A stretch of 64,000 nt of DNA, taken from positions 186,001 to 250,000 of the forward strand of contig JAPDFW010000058.1 in the NCBI GenBank assembly GCA_028826165.1, given 5' to 3'. A program made the position numbers and the translations under genes. Positions 13,813-27,600 of the stretch are shown one piece after another; positions within the stretch are counted from its first letter, which is position 1, and every line of letters begins with the position of its first letter. Source of the stretch: Anaeramoeba ignava BMAN (Eukaryota; Protista; Anaeramoebae). Under the pieces are notes generated by a model. It did no database searches. It was not told the DNA's origin and saw only the letters and a list, made by a program, of their open reading frames with translations.

Positions 13813-14976
13813 TTAAAATTTTTGATAAATAATTGAATCTCCAAATTCTTCATATTCTTTTTTATTTATAAACAAATCTTCATATTCTTTTAAAGAACCT
13901 AAAATAGAACCTCCAATCCAAGGTGAATATTTCCTTTCAGGCGTTGAAATAACTTCAGTTTCAAATTCATTTCCGAAATTATTAATTTCCTTTTGTAATC
14001 TCTCTGCAAAATTTGGAAACATTGTTGATCCTCCTGTTAAATAAACTTTTTTGAAAATTTCTTTTTTTGATTTTCCCCAATTTGTAAAAAAATTCTCTTT
14101 TTCCGTTTTTTTTTCCAATTCAAAAAATGCATCTTGAACTGATAAACTATCCAATCCAATTAAAGAGGGTTGAAAAAATATTTCTGGAACAAGAAAAACC
14201 TCTTCATATAAATCAATTTCTTGACCATCAGGAAATTCATAAATAATTTTTGCTTTTTTTTCATTTGAAAAATCTTTTGCAAAATCAAGAGAAACTGAAC
14301 AAAAATTTTTCATATCAGCTGCAATTTGTCTTTCTGCAAAAGATGTAAGGAAAAAGGATCGATTCGACAACAATTTCAAAAAATGTTCCGTTGCTTCTCT
14401 CCCTGAAATCTCCGATTCAACAAAAGCAAAAGGAGAATAACTTGTATTATTATAAATTGAAACATGAAAATTTTGTTCACCAATTTCAATTACAGTTCCT
14501 GATCTTTGTCCAAAACTCAAAAGACTTAATCTTCCTGAATCAACCAGTAAAAATTTTGGAACATGAAAAAATTCGAAGAAATATTCCAAAGTGATTTCTT
14601 TATTTTTTTTGCGATTCCAAGGTTTTTCAGTTAAAATCAATGGATGTTCTTCAATTTGGATTCTTAAATCATATTTAAAACTTGCTTCCCAAAAAATTTC
14701 CATATGTTCCCAATCAGTTATTATTCCTTTTTGAACTGGCAAAACTTTAGTTAATAATCCTCTACAAGATTCAAAAGCATCTCCACAACGATATAAATCT
14801 AATCGAGTCGTGTATGGATAATCTGTGCGAACAGGTCTTCCAAGAATTGTTGAAAACTCTGCGGTTGGTGAATCATCTCCTGCAAATCCTATTTTGGTTT
14901 TGGTTGTTCCGTTATCCATTACAATTACTTTTTTTGGTTCATTTTGAAAAATTTCATTTTCATTTGTTTTTTGCAT
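13813..14976 (-). CDS. Divergent actin-like protein (intronless, 387 aa)
   Basis: DNGTTKTKIGFAGDDSP, ITDWEHMEIFW, EHPLILTE, LTGGSTMFPNFAERLQKEI and PERKYSPWIGGSILGSL are actin-fold motifs. Confidence 0.92.
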   Translation of the reverse strand: MQKTNENEIFQNEPKKVIVMDNGTTKTKIGFAGDDSPTAEFSTILGRPVRTDYPYTTRLDLYRCGDAFESCRGLLTKVLPVQKGIITDWEHMEIFWEASFKYDLRIQIEEHPLILTEKPWNRKKNKEITLEYFFEFFHVPKFLLVDSGRLSLLSFGQRSGTVIEIGEQNFHVSIYNNTSYSPFAFVESEISGREATEHFLKLLSNRSFFLTSFAERQIAADMKNFCSVSLDFAKDFSNEKKAKIIYEFPDGQEIDLYEEVFLVPEIFFQPSLIGLDSLSVQDAFFELEKKTEKENFFTNWGKSKKEIFKKVYLTGGSTMFPNFAERLQKEINNFGNEFETEVISTPERKYSPWIGGSILGSLKEYEDLFINKKEYEEFGDSIIYQKF

Positions 14977-15028
14977 TTTAAAGAGAAAAAAATGAAAAAA
15001 AAATTTTATTATTTGTTTATTTAATTAT

Positions 15029-18000
15029 TTAATCCATTTTTCTTTTAAATCTATTTCTTGTCATTTTATTGGAATAATTTTGATAAGTGTTGGATTTTTC
15101 TGGTTTCTTTTCTGGAATTGAAACCAATCCAAAAGAGGAAATCAAACTTTTTTGATCTAAAGAAGAAATACTAAAAATATCTTTAAGTGTATGAGATGCA
15201 TAAGCTTTCAAATAAGAATGAAAAGCTTCAATAGCTGAATTTTTCAAATAGGAATTATTTTGAATCAAAAAAAGAAGTTGTTCTTGAATTTTGGAGATTT
15301 TCGAATCTGGAAATTCATATTCATTCAAAGGAACTTTTGCTTGTTTTAAATACTTGAGAAAACCAATTTCAGAAGGCATTAGAAAAAGAAGAGCTTTTCC
15401 TCTTTTACCTGCTCTTGCAGTTCTTCCTACTCTATGGATATATTCCTTTTAAAAAAATTTCAAAGTAACACGTGTAAATTAGGGAAAATTTTGGAATTTT
15501 TTTTAATTTTAATTTTATAAATGAATTTTAATTTTAATTTTATAAATGAATTTTAATTTTGATTTTAATTTTATAAATGAATTTTTTTACAGTTGGGTCA
15601 TTTGGAGGATCAAATTGTAAAATATAATCCACATCAGGAATATCCAAACCACGAGCTGCAATATCAGTGCACAACAAAGTTCCTTTCTCAGCATTACAAA
15701 ACTCAAAGAAAGTAGAGGTGCGTTTTTTCTGTTTCTGTCTTCCATGAAGAGACAAAACAGGAACATCAATATAATTCAAGAGATCAGAATGAAATTTAAC
15801 CGAGTTTACAGTTGAAAAGAAGACAATAATTTTCTTTGAGTGGTTGCGACTCAAGAAGCTAAAAAGAAGAAGAAAGCGTTTTTGAGGAGGACATATGATG
15901 TATCCTTGTTCAAGCTCTTCAACTGTTGCAATATCAGAAGTGTCATCCACTCCAATATAAAGTGGGTTTTCTTTAAGAGTAATTCTTGCCAAATCACGAA
16001 CATTTGTTGTTTGAGTTGCTGAGAAAAACATTGTTTGCCGATCTTTCGGCAAGATTTTGATGATTTCTTGCATGTCTTCTTCAAATCCTGATTGTAAAAT
16101 TCGATCAGCTTCATCGATAATTAAACATAATAAATTTTTGTAAATAAATCCTTGTGTTGTTTGAAGATGATCCAAAAGTCTTCCTGGTGTTGCGATTAAG
16201 AGATTTACTCCTCGAATAAGTTTTTGTGCTTCGACATATTTTTTGGCTCCTCCGATTACAACTCCATGTGTTTGAGTGTGATATTTCATTAGATCTCTTA
16301 CTACAGTATAAGTTTGTAAAGAGAGTTCTCTTGTTGGAGATATTATAATAACTCCTGTTCCTGATTTTTATTTTGAATAATTTAAATAAATATAATTTAA
16401 ATAATTTAATAAAAATAATTTAAATAAATATAATTTAAATAAATATAATTTAAATAATTTAAATAAAAATAATTTAAATAATTTAAATAAATATAATTTA
16501 AATAATTTAAATAAAAATAATTTAATAATTTAATAATTTAATAATTTAAATAAATATAATTTAAATAATTTAAATAAATATAATTTAAATAATTTAAATA
16601 AAAATAATTTAATAATTTAATAATTTAATAATTTAAATAAATATAATTTAAATAAATATAATTTAAATAATTTAAATAATTTAAATAAAAATAATTTAAA
16701 TAAATATAATTTAAATAAATATAATTTAAATAATTTAAATAAATATAATTTAAATAATTTAAATAAAAATAATTTAAATAAAAATAATTTAAATAAATAT
16801 AATTTAAATAAATATAATTTAAATAAATATAATTTAAATAATTTAAATAATTTAAATAATTTAAATAATTTAAATAAATATAATTTAAATAATTTAAATA
16901 AAAATAATTTAAATAAATATAATTTAATAATTTAATAATTTAATAATTTAAATAAATATAATTTAAATAAATATAATTTAAATAATTTAAATAAAAATAA
17001 TTTAAATAATTTAAATAAAATTTTATAAACCAACCATTTCTTGGTTTGAAATTTGATTCATATAATAATTGTATTGCTGGTATTAAAAATGCTAATGTTT
17101 TTCCACTTCCTGTTTTTGCAGCACCAAGAACATCTCTTCCAGATAATAATGGTGGAATACATTTTGCTTGTACTGGTCTTAATGTTGTAAATCCAATATC
17201 TACAATTGCATTTTTAGTTTTTTGACAAATTGGAAGATCCTCAAATTTATTAGAAGATTGAATAAATTTTTGATTTTGATTTTGATTTTGATTTTGATTT
17301 TGATTTTGATTTCCATTTCCATTTTCATTTTCATTTTCATTTTCATTTTCATTTTCATTTTCATTTTCATTTTGATTTTCATTTAAAACTTCAATCTGAA
17401 TTTGATTTTTATTTCTATTTGTATTTTGATTTTTATTTTGATTTCTGTTTTGATTTCTGTTTTGATTTCTGTTTTGATTTCTGTTTTGATTTGTATTTGT
17501 ATTTTTATTTTGATTTGTATTTGTATTTGTATTTGTATTTGTATTTGTATTTGTATTTATATTTTTATTTGTATTTGTATTTTTATTTGTATTTGTATTT
17601 TTATTTGTATTTTTATTTTTATTTGTATTTGTATTTGTATTTTTGTTTTTATTTTTATTTGTATTTTGATTTCTGTTTTGATTTGTATTTGTATTTTTAT
17701 TTTTATTTGTATTTGTATTTGTATTTGTATTTGTATTTATATTTTTATTTTTGTTTTGATTTTTATTTTATTTTTATTTGTATTTGTATTTGTATTTGTA
17801 TTTTGATTTGTATTTTTATTTTTATTTTGATTTTTATTTTTATTTGTATTTGTATTTGTATTTGTATTTGTATTTGTATTTGTATTTGTATTTGTGTTTT
17901 TATTTTTATTTGTATTTGTATTTGTATTTGTATTTGTATTTGTATTTGTATTTGTATTTGTATTTGTATTTGTATTTGTGTTTTTATTTTTATTTTGATT

Positions 18001-18096
18001 TTTATTTTTGTTTTTAACAGAAAATTCTTCCCATTTATTCTTATTAATTTTTCTTTTTTTTTCTGATTGATTTAAAATAGATTCCTCTTTAAACAT
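15029..18096 (-). CDS. HAS1: DEAD-box RNA helicase DDX18/Has1; exons ~18096-17035 (N-terminal N/T/K repeat, apparent 1-nt slip near 17765), 16360-15591, 15445-15029
   Basis: Q motif [27 protein letters not shown]|[39 protein letters not shown]|[11 protein letters not shown]; C-terminal SYLKAYASH is typical of Has1/DDX18. Confidence 0.9.
16361..17034 (-). repeat. 674-nt intron made of essentially pure A/T tandem repeats (TAATTTAAA/ATAAATATAATTTAA)
   Basis: Direct reading; GT...CAG boundaries restore the helicase frame. Confidence 0.85.
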
Positions 18097-18182
18097 TTTT
18101 TAAAATGAAAAAAAATGAAAAAAATGAAAAAAAAATTTTTTTATTTTCTTTTGTTTTAAAAATTAAAAATAAAAAAAAAAAG

Positions 18183-18485
18183 TTATTTGTTTGCAGTTTG
18201 TTTTTCAGCTAAAATTTTCATAATAAAATCAGCAGATTCAATATATTTTAAAACGCATCTATCAATACAAGAACGTTCACCAATTGAAAGTTTATCATTT
18301 GGATGTTTATTTCGAAGACATTTTTTTGAACATTGATTCATTAATCGGTTAAATTGATCAGTAAAAGATTGAAGAATTGCTAGTCTTGTTGCTACATCCT
18401 GTTTGTTTTGAGGTTGTTCTTGTGGTTTTGTTTGTTGTTGTACTTTATTTGCTGTTGAAAAATTTCTTGGAAATGGAGATTGCAT
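18183..18485 (-). CDS. TIM10: Small Tim chaperone (Tim10/Tim9 family), 100 aa
   Basis: Twin CX3C motif in FNRLMNQCSKKC...LSIGERSCIDRCVLKY, matching the Tim10 pattern. ATG at 18485 is preceded by TCATTT repeats. Confidence 0.85.
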   Translation of the reverse strand: MQSPFPRNFSTANKVQQQTKPQEQPQNKQDVATRLAILQSFTDQFNRLMNQCSKKCLRNKHPNDKLSIGERSCIDRCVLKYIESADFIMKILAEKQTANK

Positions 18486-18659
18486 TTGTTTTTTTTTTTT
18501 TGAAAATGAAAAAATGAAAAAATGAAAAAATGAAAAAATGAAAAAATGAAAATATTTAAAAATGAAAATAATATTTTTTTTTATTCCACTTTTTTTCCAA
18601 TTTACATGAAAGAAAGATTTCATGTCATGTTTTTAGGAAATTTATTAAATTTATTAAAT

Positions 18660-19224
18660 TTATTTTCTTTTTTTCTTTGTTTGATTTTGTAAAGAAGGAC
18701 GAATACAATCATTTACAATTTGTAATAAATGTGGTTGTTCTAAAGCAGCTCGACATCTTTCTTTATCATTAACTTGTTTATTGATATCATTTTCAGAATT
18801 ATGAGTTCCTTTTGTAATTAAAACATCAAATTTAAAACGAGAAGGTAAACTTCTTTCAAGTTTAGTTCTAATAGAAAGTCCTATTAATGTAGACATTGTA
18901 CAACCTGGAATTGTAGGTGTAAAATTTACTAATACATAATTATCTTTATTAAACACTTTAATTCCATCTAATGTTATAACATTTAATTCTTCTAATGATA
19001 ATGGATGTTCTGGATCAACTATATTTCTTAACATTTCTTTTAATTTATTTATTTAATTTATTTTATTTATTTTATTTTTTTAAAATTTTTCAATTCAATC
19101 TTTTTTATTTACCAAATATTTCAATTTCATCAATTTCATCTTCAATATTATCATCAAAATCAGATTCTTTTGGAATTCTTTGAATTTTTTGTGTTTCAAA
19201 AATAATTGGATTTGGATTTTGCAT
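18660..19224 (-). CDS. CIA2: Cytosolic Fe-S assembly component CIA2/FAM96B (MIP18 family); exons 19224-19113, 19036-18660 (~162 aa)
   Basis: MQNPNP start, EIF|EMLRNIVDPEHPLSLEELNV, FTPTIPGCTMSTLIGLSIR, INKQVNDKERCRAALE. Confidence 0.93.
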
Positions 19225-19312
19225 TTGAAAGAAAAAAATGAAAAAAAAAATTTTAAAAAAAAAAACGTTTTTTATTTTTTCATTTTTTTTTTCATTTTTT
19301 CATTATTTTTTT
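19225..19312. promoter_or_regulatory. Probable 88-bp bidirectional promoter (CIA2 / DCN1) with TCATTT Inr-like motifs on both strands around a palindromic AAAACGTTTT
   Basis: Divergent ATGs at 19224(-) and 19313(+); AAATGA near the minus-strand start and repeated TTTTCATTTT near the plus-strand start. Confidence 0.55.
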
Positions 19313-21484
19313 ATGAAAATTAGTTTCTATTTCATTTTATTTACAATTTTGTTTATAATTTATAAATTTTATTGGAGGAGAAAAAAACCTAAAATTAAAT
19401 TAACTCCATTACAAGAAAAAAATTTGAAAATTTTTGAATCAAAAATTCAAACAAAGTAAAACAAAAACAAAAACAAAAACAAAAAGAAAATGAAAAACAA
19501 AATTGAATTTTTCACCTTTTATTTTTAGACAAGAAACTTCAATAGTTTTTTTACAAAAAAATTTCTGGGATGTTCCATCTACGATATCAGATTATCAAAA
19601 TTTTATAAAAAGATCAAAAAATGATCAAAATTTATATTTTTTAAATCAACTTTCTCAATTTCAACAAGAAGATAAGAAAAATTTAGAAAGATTATTTAAT
19701 AAATATAAAGGTTGAATTTAAATATTAATTTAAATATTCAATATAAATATTAATTTAAATATTAATATAAATATTCAATTTAAATAATTTAAATATTCAA
19801 TTTAAATATTAATATAAATATTGAATTTAAATATTAATTTAAATATTAATATAAATATTGAATTTAAATATATTAATTTAAATATTAATTTAAATATTAA
19901 TTTAAATAATTTAAATATTCAATTTAAATATAAATATTAATTTAAATATTCAATTTAAATATTCAATTTAAATATATTCAATTTAAATATTCAATTTAAA
20001 TATTCAATATAAATATTATAAATAATAATTTAAATATCAATATAAATATAAAATAATAATTTAAAAATTAAATATTAATATAAATAATTTAAAATATTCA
20101 ATTTAAATAAATAAAAATTCAATTTAAATATATTAATTTAAAATTTAAATATTCAATTTAAATATTCAATTTAAATATTAATTTAAATATAAATATTCAA
20201 TATAAATATTCAATTAATTTTAAATATTCAATTTTAAATATTCAATTTAAAATATTCAATATTAAATATTCAATTTTTAAATATTCAATTTAAATATTCA
20301 ATTTTAAATATCGATATAAATAATAATATAAATATTAATATAAAATATTAAATTTTAAATATTCAAACTTTAAATATTATAAATATTAATATAAATATTA
20401 AAATTCAATATAAATATTCAATTTAAATAATATAAATATTAAATATTAATAATATATATATATTTTAAATATTAATTTATAAATTATTCGATATAAATAT
20501 AAATATTGAATTTAAATAATATAAATATTAATATAAATATTCAATTTAAATATTAATATAAATATTCAATTTAAATATTAATATAAATATTCAATTTAAA
20601 TATTCAATTTAAATATCGATATAAATAATATAAATAATAATTTAAATATTAATATAAATAATAATTTAAATATTCAATATAAATAATAATTTAAATAGAT
20701 TTAAAAACAAATTGTATTGAACTTGAAGGAACAAAGAATTATTTTCAAGATATTAAAGTTGATCCATTAGCTATACAAGCATTAATACTTGTTTACTATA
20801 TAGGAGCAAAAGAAATGTGTAAATTTACATATGAAGAATTTGTTGGAGGATGGCTTAGATTATCGTAAAAACAAAATTCAATCAAAATTCAAAAAAAAAA
20901 AAAAATTGATTTATGGATTTAGAATTTTTGTTTAATATTTATTTTAGTTGTTCTGATTTAAAATTAATGAAACAAGAAATATCTTCACTTTCAAAGAATC
21001 TTTCAAAAGAAGAAGAATTCGAAAATTTTTATGATTTCGTTTTTGATTTTGGAAAAAATAATCCAAATCAAAAATTTATGGGTAAAATTTTTTTTTTTAT
21101 AAAATTATAATTGATTTTTATTGTTTTATTTTGATTAAATTAGATCTTGATTGCGCAATTTATTTTTGGGATTTAATTTTAAAAAAGAAATTTTTTCTTT
21201 TGGAAGAATGGATCAATTTTCTTAAAGTAAAGCAAAAATAATTTTTTTTTTGTTCCACTTTTTTGATTAATTTTTTTGGTTAATTGAAAAAAAAATTTTT
21301 TTTTATTTTTTAAAAGAAACAACCTGAAAAAATTCAAATTAGAAAAGATACTTGGACTTTATTTTATGAATTTGTAACTACAATATCAACTGATTTCAAA
21401 AATTATGATGAATCTTCTTCTTGGCCAGTTTTATTTGATGAATTTGTTGCAGAAATGAAAGAAAAACAAAATGAAAAAAAATGA
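19313..21484 (+). CDS. DCN1: DCN1-like cullin neddylation protein; exons 19313-19455, 19529-19710, 20699-20864, 20948-21081, 21144-21226, 21317-21484
   Basis: The spliced product reads LERLFNKYK|D...IELEG...DIKVDP...GAKEMCKFTYEEFVGGW...FYDFVFDFGK...QKFM|DLDCAIYFWDLIL...WINFL...IRKDTWTLFYEF...YDESSSWPVLFDEFV (PONY domain). A UBA-like FLQKNFWDV lies upstream. Confidence 0.88.
19711..20698 (+). repeat. 988-nt AT-only low-complexity intron (TATTCAATTTAAA / TATTAATATAAA units)
   Basis: Direct reading; boundaries restore the DCN1 frame. Confidence 0.85.
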
Positions 21485-21662
21485 AAAAAAAAATAAAAAA
21501 AAAGAAGAAAAAATAAAAAATGGAAAAATCATTTTTCTCATTTCTTTTCTTTTCTTTTTCTTTTTAATTAATTAAGTTTTTTTTTATTGTTTTTTTGATT
21601 GTTTTTTTTTTGTTTAATTTTATAAAATTCAAAATCGATTTTATACATTCAAAAAAAAAAAA

Positions 21663-24600
21663 ATGAAAGAAAAGTTTGTTATTTTTAATTTAATTTTAAT
21701 TTTAAATTGAATTTTTAATTGAATTTTAATTTAATTTTTAATTTAATTTTAATTGAATTTTTTTTGTGGAAATTATTCAAAAAAAAACAAAAAACAATTT
21801 AAAAAAAAAAATTCTTTTTGTTTAAAAAATGATCAATTAAATTTATAAACAAAATAAAAAATTTAAATAATCAAGTGATAAAGATGAAAATCAAGAATCA
21901 ACTTTATTTAGGCTTTCTCGTTCAAAATCAGAAGCAATTGGTAAATAAAAAAAAAGCAAAAACAAAAAAAAATTGAAAAAAAAAAATTTATTGATTTAAT
22001 TTATCAAAATTTTTCAAATAAATTTTTTTCTTTTGTTTTTTTTAATTTAGAATCTTTTTATGAAATTCCAGAAATTGATTCAAAACCAATTCCTCTTTCA
22101 AAATCAGAAATGAATTTTAAAAAAATTAAAACTACTTATTATCTTGGTTCTGATGGAACTGTTTTCGATCTTCATTATAATATTGTTAAAAATCAAGCTT
22201 TAAATGAAAGTAATTTTTATTTTTGTTTTCAATTTATTATTAAAAAATTTTTTTTCTTTCTTTCTTTCTTTCTTTCTTTCTTATTTAGTTTTTAATAAAT
22301 CTTTAGAATTTCCAAATGTTGAAGATTTTAATGATTATAATTCAGTACGTTTAACTTTTATCATTTTTAAGCTTAATTTTTAAATTTAATAAAGGAATTC
22401 AAATCAAAATTAAAATTCATTTATAAAATTAAAATTAATTTATAAAATCAAAATTAAAATTAAAATTAAAATTCATTTATAAAATCAAAACTAAAATTAT
22501 AATTAAAATTAAAATTAAATTTAATAAAGAAATTAAAATCAAAATTAAAATTAAATTTAATAAAGAAATTAAAATCAAAATTAAAATTAAAATTAAAATT
22601 AAAATTAAAATTAAAATCAAAATCAAAATTAAAATTAAAATTAAAATTAAAATTAAAATTCAAATTAAAATTAAAATTAAAATCAAAATCAAAATTAAAT
22701 TAAAATTCAAAATAATTTCCTTTTTTGAAATTTAGTTTGAAAATGCTTGTATTGAATGGATGAAATCTACACAAAAAATTGTTTCAAGATTTCATCTTCC
22801 TCAAATAGTAGGAAGATCATATTTTAAACCCCAAGAAAATATTCCAAAAAATGTAAAAAATTTAAAAATAAACAAAAATCAAAAATCAAAATTAAAAATC
22901 AATAAAAAAAAACACAATAAAAAGAAATTTATGATTCCAAATCATAAAGATAAAGATGAAACTGAAAGTGAAATGCCACTTGAATCAGAAAATACACACG
23001 AAACTGACACAAAATTTGAAAATGAAAATGGAAATGAAACTGGAAATGAAACTGAAAAAGAAATTGATTTAGAAATAAAAATTGAAGTTGAAATTGAAAA
23101 AGCTTTTTCAAATCAAAATCCTGACTTTTCATTTGAAGATGAAGAAAATTCTAAAGAACAAAAATTAAAATTATTAAGTATTTTTGAAGGAAGGTATCAA
23201 AATAATCATTTCAAATTATTCTAATCACAAATGAATCAAGATTTACAAATTCAAAAACAAAACAAACTTTATTTTTTCTTTTTGAAAATAATTGAAAAAA
23301 AAAAAAAGAAACAAAGAATTAATGGAAAAATTTGAAAAGGATGGAAAATTTTTATCACAAGAACCTTGGCATTCTCAACTTTTTCCTCAAGAACCTCATC
23401 TTCAAAGATATATTAAATTTGATCATTTTTCTAGAGCTTATAGAAGATGGGCCCAAATTGTTATTTCTTCTTTGAATCCTGTTCCACTTCATGCTATGGA
23501 TTTTGAATCACAAATTAAACTTCAAACCAATAAAGAAGTATGAATTTAAAATGAAATGAAAAAAAAAAATTTAATCCAAAAATTTGAAAAAACTTGAAAT
23601 GAAAAAAAATTTAATCCAAAAATTTCAAAAAAAAAAAAAAAAAAGAAAGCAAATTCAAAAAAAGAAGAAAGTCAATCTCAATTGAATGAAAATCAATCAA
23701 CAGTTCAACAACAAACTTGGAGATCTAAAATTTATCAAAGCTTTATTCCATATTCTTTAGATTCTTCTCCAGTATTTCTTATTTTATTTTTAATTTTTTC
23801 AAAAATAATTTTTTTAATTATAAAATTATAAAATTATAATCAAGAATTTATCTTTAAAAGTAAATCGAGGAAGAAATAATTCAAATGTTTGCACTTTTAC
23901 AACTTCATGGAAAGAACAAAGTCGTTGGATTAGAGTAAAAATTCAAAATCAAAATTAAAATTAAAATTAAAAATCAAAACCAAAATCAAAATCAAAATCA
24001 AAATCAAAATCAAAATTAAAATCAAAATCAAAATCAAAATTAAAATTCAAAATCAAAATTAAAATCAAAATCAAAATCAAAATTAAAATTAAAATTAAAA
24101 TTATAATCAAAATCAAAATTCAAAATCAAAATTAAAATTATATTTAAAATTAAAATCAAAATCAAAATTAAAATTAAAATTAAAATCAAAATCAAAATTA
24201 AAATCAAAATCAAAATCAAAATTAAAATTATATTTAAAATTAATTTGAATTAGTCAACAATTCAAGATTCTATGGTTCAAATTATGAAGAAAACAAAGAA
24301 AGAACAAACACTTACAAGACCTATTATTGGAAAATTACATGGAGTTTTAAGAGTAAATTTAGATTATCAACAAATATTTTAAATCTAAATATTTTAAATA
24401 ATTTTAAATATAAATATTTTAAATAATTTTAAATCAAAATATTTTTATAATTTTAAATCTAAATATTTTTATAATTTTAAATCTAAATATTTTAAATATT
24501 TTTAAATCAAAATATTTTTATAATTTTAAATATAAATATTTTTAAAATTTTAAATCTAAATATTTTAAATAATTTTAAATATAAATATTTTAAATAATTT

Positions 24601-27600
24601 TAAATCAAAATATTTTTATAATTTTAAATCAAAATATTTTTATAATTTTAAATCAAAATATTTTAAATAATTTTAAATCAAAATATTTTTATAATTTTAA
24701 ATATAAATATTTTTAAAATTTTAAATCTAATTATTTTAAATAATTTTAAATCAAAATATTTTTATAATTTTAAATCTAAATATTTTAAATAATTTTAAAT
24801 CAAAATATTTTTAAATAATTTTAAATCAAAATAATTTTATATTAGGGACATGGAACATCTTCAAGAAGTTTCAATAAAATATCAAGCTCTGTTCTTATGC
24901 TAAACGAAAATTTGGGTCCTTGGGAACTTCTGAGAATGGATTGCGTTCCAATTATTGATGGAGAATCAATTGAATTTTTCGTTCCTTCTTACAATTTAAA
25001 AGAAAAAGTGATTTTATTTATTCAATTAATTTTCAAATTATTCATTTTGTTCTTTCTCAATTTATTATCTTTTTTTTAGTTTGATTTATATCAAGTAAAA
25101 GATGATAAAGAATATTTAACAAAATTAAAACAACAAATTGAAGAAATTGATTTTGGAAATCAAATTGATTCTTATTGTGCTTGGAATTTTCCTTCCAAAT
25201 TTCGAAAAAATGTAAAAAAAAACATTTTTAAACAATATTTTTAAAAGATTTTTTAAAATGTAAAATTTTTTTTTTATATTTAAAGTTTAATTTGGAACAA
25301 GAAAAAATTATCGAAAATGTTTTAAAACAAGATGAATTTAATTACGATTCTTTTTGGAAAATTTTAAACACTCCTCAAGTTTGTTTTAATTTTAATTTTA
25401 ATTCTACTTTTGCAAAAGAAATATCAATCAATATTTAAATTCAAACACAAAAAAAATGATTTTGTTATTGATTTAATTTAGTTATTTGATAAATTTGTTG
25501 AAATGCTTGATTCAAATAAATTTATGCATAAAAAAATACCTTTGAAAGAATTATTGATTGAATTTCTCAGAAAAAATTATCGGAAAAAACTGAAAGAATG
25601 CTTATTAGAAAATCAATCCAGATTAACAAAAATGAAAATTGCAAAATTAATTGAAATGATTTTTGAAAATTATGATTTTATAAATGAATTGCTTTCCGAA
25701 AATGATATTCAAGTGATCTATTTGGTTGCATATTCATTATCTCTAATGATCCCTTATTGCAAAAAAGTGTTTCCTTTTTTCCCAGAAATTTATCATCAAA
25801 TACAAATTGTAAGTTATAAAATTTTTAATTTTTAATTTTTAATTTTTAATTTTTAATTTTTAATTTTTAATTTTAATTTTGAAAAAGAAATTTAAAGACG
25901 AGAAATTCCTCAATTTTATCCACAAAATTTGGATATTTGATTACCTCAAAATTATATATGAAGCAACTCAATCGAAAAACATAAGATCAATTATTAAAAG
26001 TATGATTGATTACGAAAAAATAATCATTGAAGAACTAGAAAAATATAGATTTCTTAATTGGAGAATTAGTCAAAGGATTAGATCAAAGATCACCAACAAT
26101 TTCATCCATTTTTCTTTATTTATTAATCCAAATTTTGGAGCTTCAAGACGAAAGAATTGTGAAAATTTTTGAAAAAAATGGAAAACAAATAGTGTTTCAT
26201 TTCAGAAAGGCTGCCAAATCAAAGTTTACACACACACAACTTGCAGCCAAATATTTGTGGAATCGAATGAAGGAAGACCGATTTATTAATTTTTTCACAA
26301 ATAAATATGTAAATGATATGGATCAAGTTATCAATGATTTATTTGAGAATCAAAAAACACAAAAAAGTGGGAAACCAGAAAAAAAAGAAAGCAAACAACT
26401 CAATGCTAAATTAAGATCATCCACAATTTTGCACAATCCTTTGCAAATGATGGATAAAAAATCGCAATCGTTTGCAAATTTAACTTCATTGATAAAATCA
26501 AATGAATATTTTCAACCAGATATAAATCCCACAACAACATCATCATCATCAACATTAACAAAAAATCAGGAAAAATCAGCAAATTATTGGAATCAATTAA
26601 TCAACAAAAGATACTATCATCGGTTCCCTTTTTTGACTCATTTATTCACTGATTTTTTTGGATATATTTATCAGCAAATCTCAAAAGGAGTCTCAATTGT
26701 TTTGAACGATTCAAATCTTTTATCTCCAAAGATTTATGAGTCAATCACACACCAAATTTTCATGAAATTTGAAAACTACGATGAGGATTTAATTTTCATC
26801 AGTAAATTTCTTTCTGAAATGATAAGATGTCTTCAAAGTTTGGATTTGATTTGCGCAGAAAAAAGAACTTTGAACCAAAAAATTACCCAAAGAAAGCATT
26901 CCAAAAATAGAAACCAAAACAAGAACTCATCGCAAAAAATCCAAATAAGCACATCACAATTGGCGGTGTTTGTCCAATTAATTCACAAAGCGCCTAAAAA
27001 CGAATACAATTTTAAAATCAACATTCTCAACTCATTAAGATATTTACTCAAAGAAGAGTCCATTTTTAACAATTTCCAAAATAACATATCGGATTTGATT
27101 CCGATCATCAAGATATGGTGTCTCGATGAAGGCAATGCAGAATTCAACAAGACTGCGTTTAAGACCTTTTATCAGATTGTTTCGTATCATTCGAATTCCA
27201 TCCAATATTTGATTCAAAATAATTTGTTGGATTTTTTGATTGAAATTTTAACTCCTCATTATAAAATTTATGTTACTCATTGTTTGTATTATTTCTCAAA
27301 GTTGTTTTCAATGGATTTGATTGAAAAAAACAGGATTATGAACCATAAAAAACCGATTAGAGTTCACGAAAAAAGTCCCATTAAAACTGCCAAAAGAGAT
27401 GTTAAAATTTTGGTTCAATATTTTGTTAAAAAGCATTATTTTGTTAGATTCCATATTATGTTGCAGAAATTTAAAGGGAAAAATCATGAGAATTCTGGCG
27501 CCCCTTTTATTTTGCTTGGCAAAATTTATCAAATTATTATGTTTTCTCCAAGTTGCTCAAAGTTTTTTCGTTCTGTGAAGAAAGAAAAAACTTATGAAGA

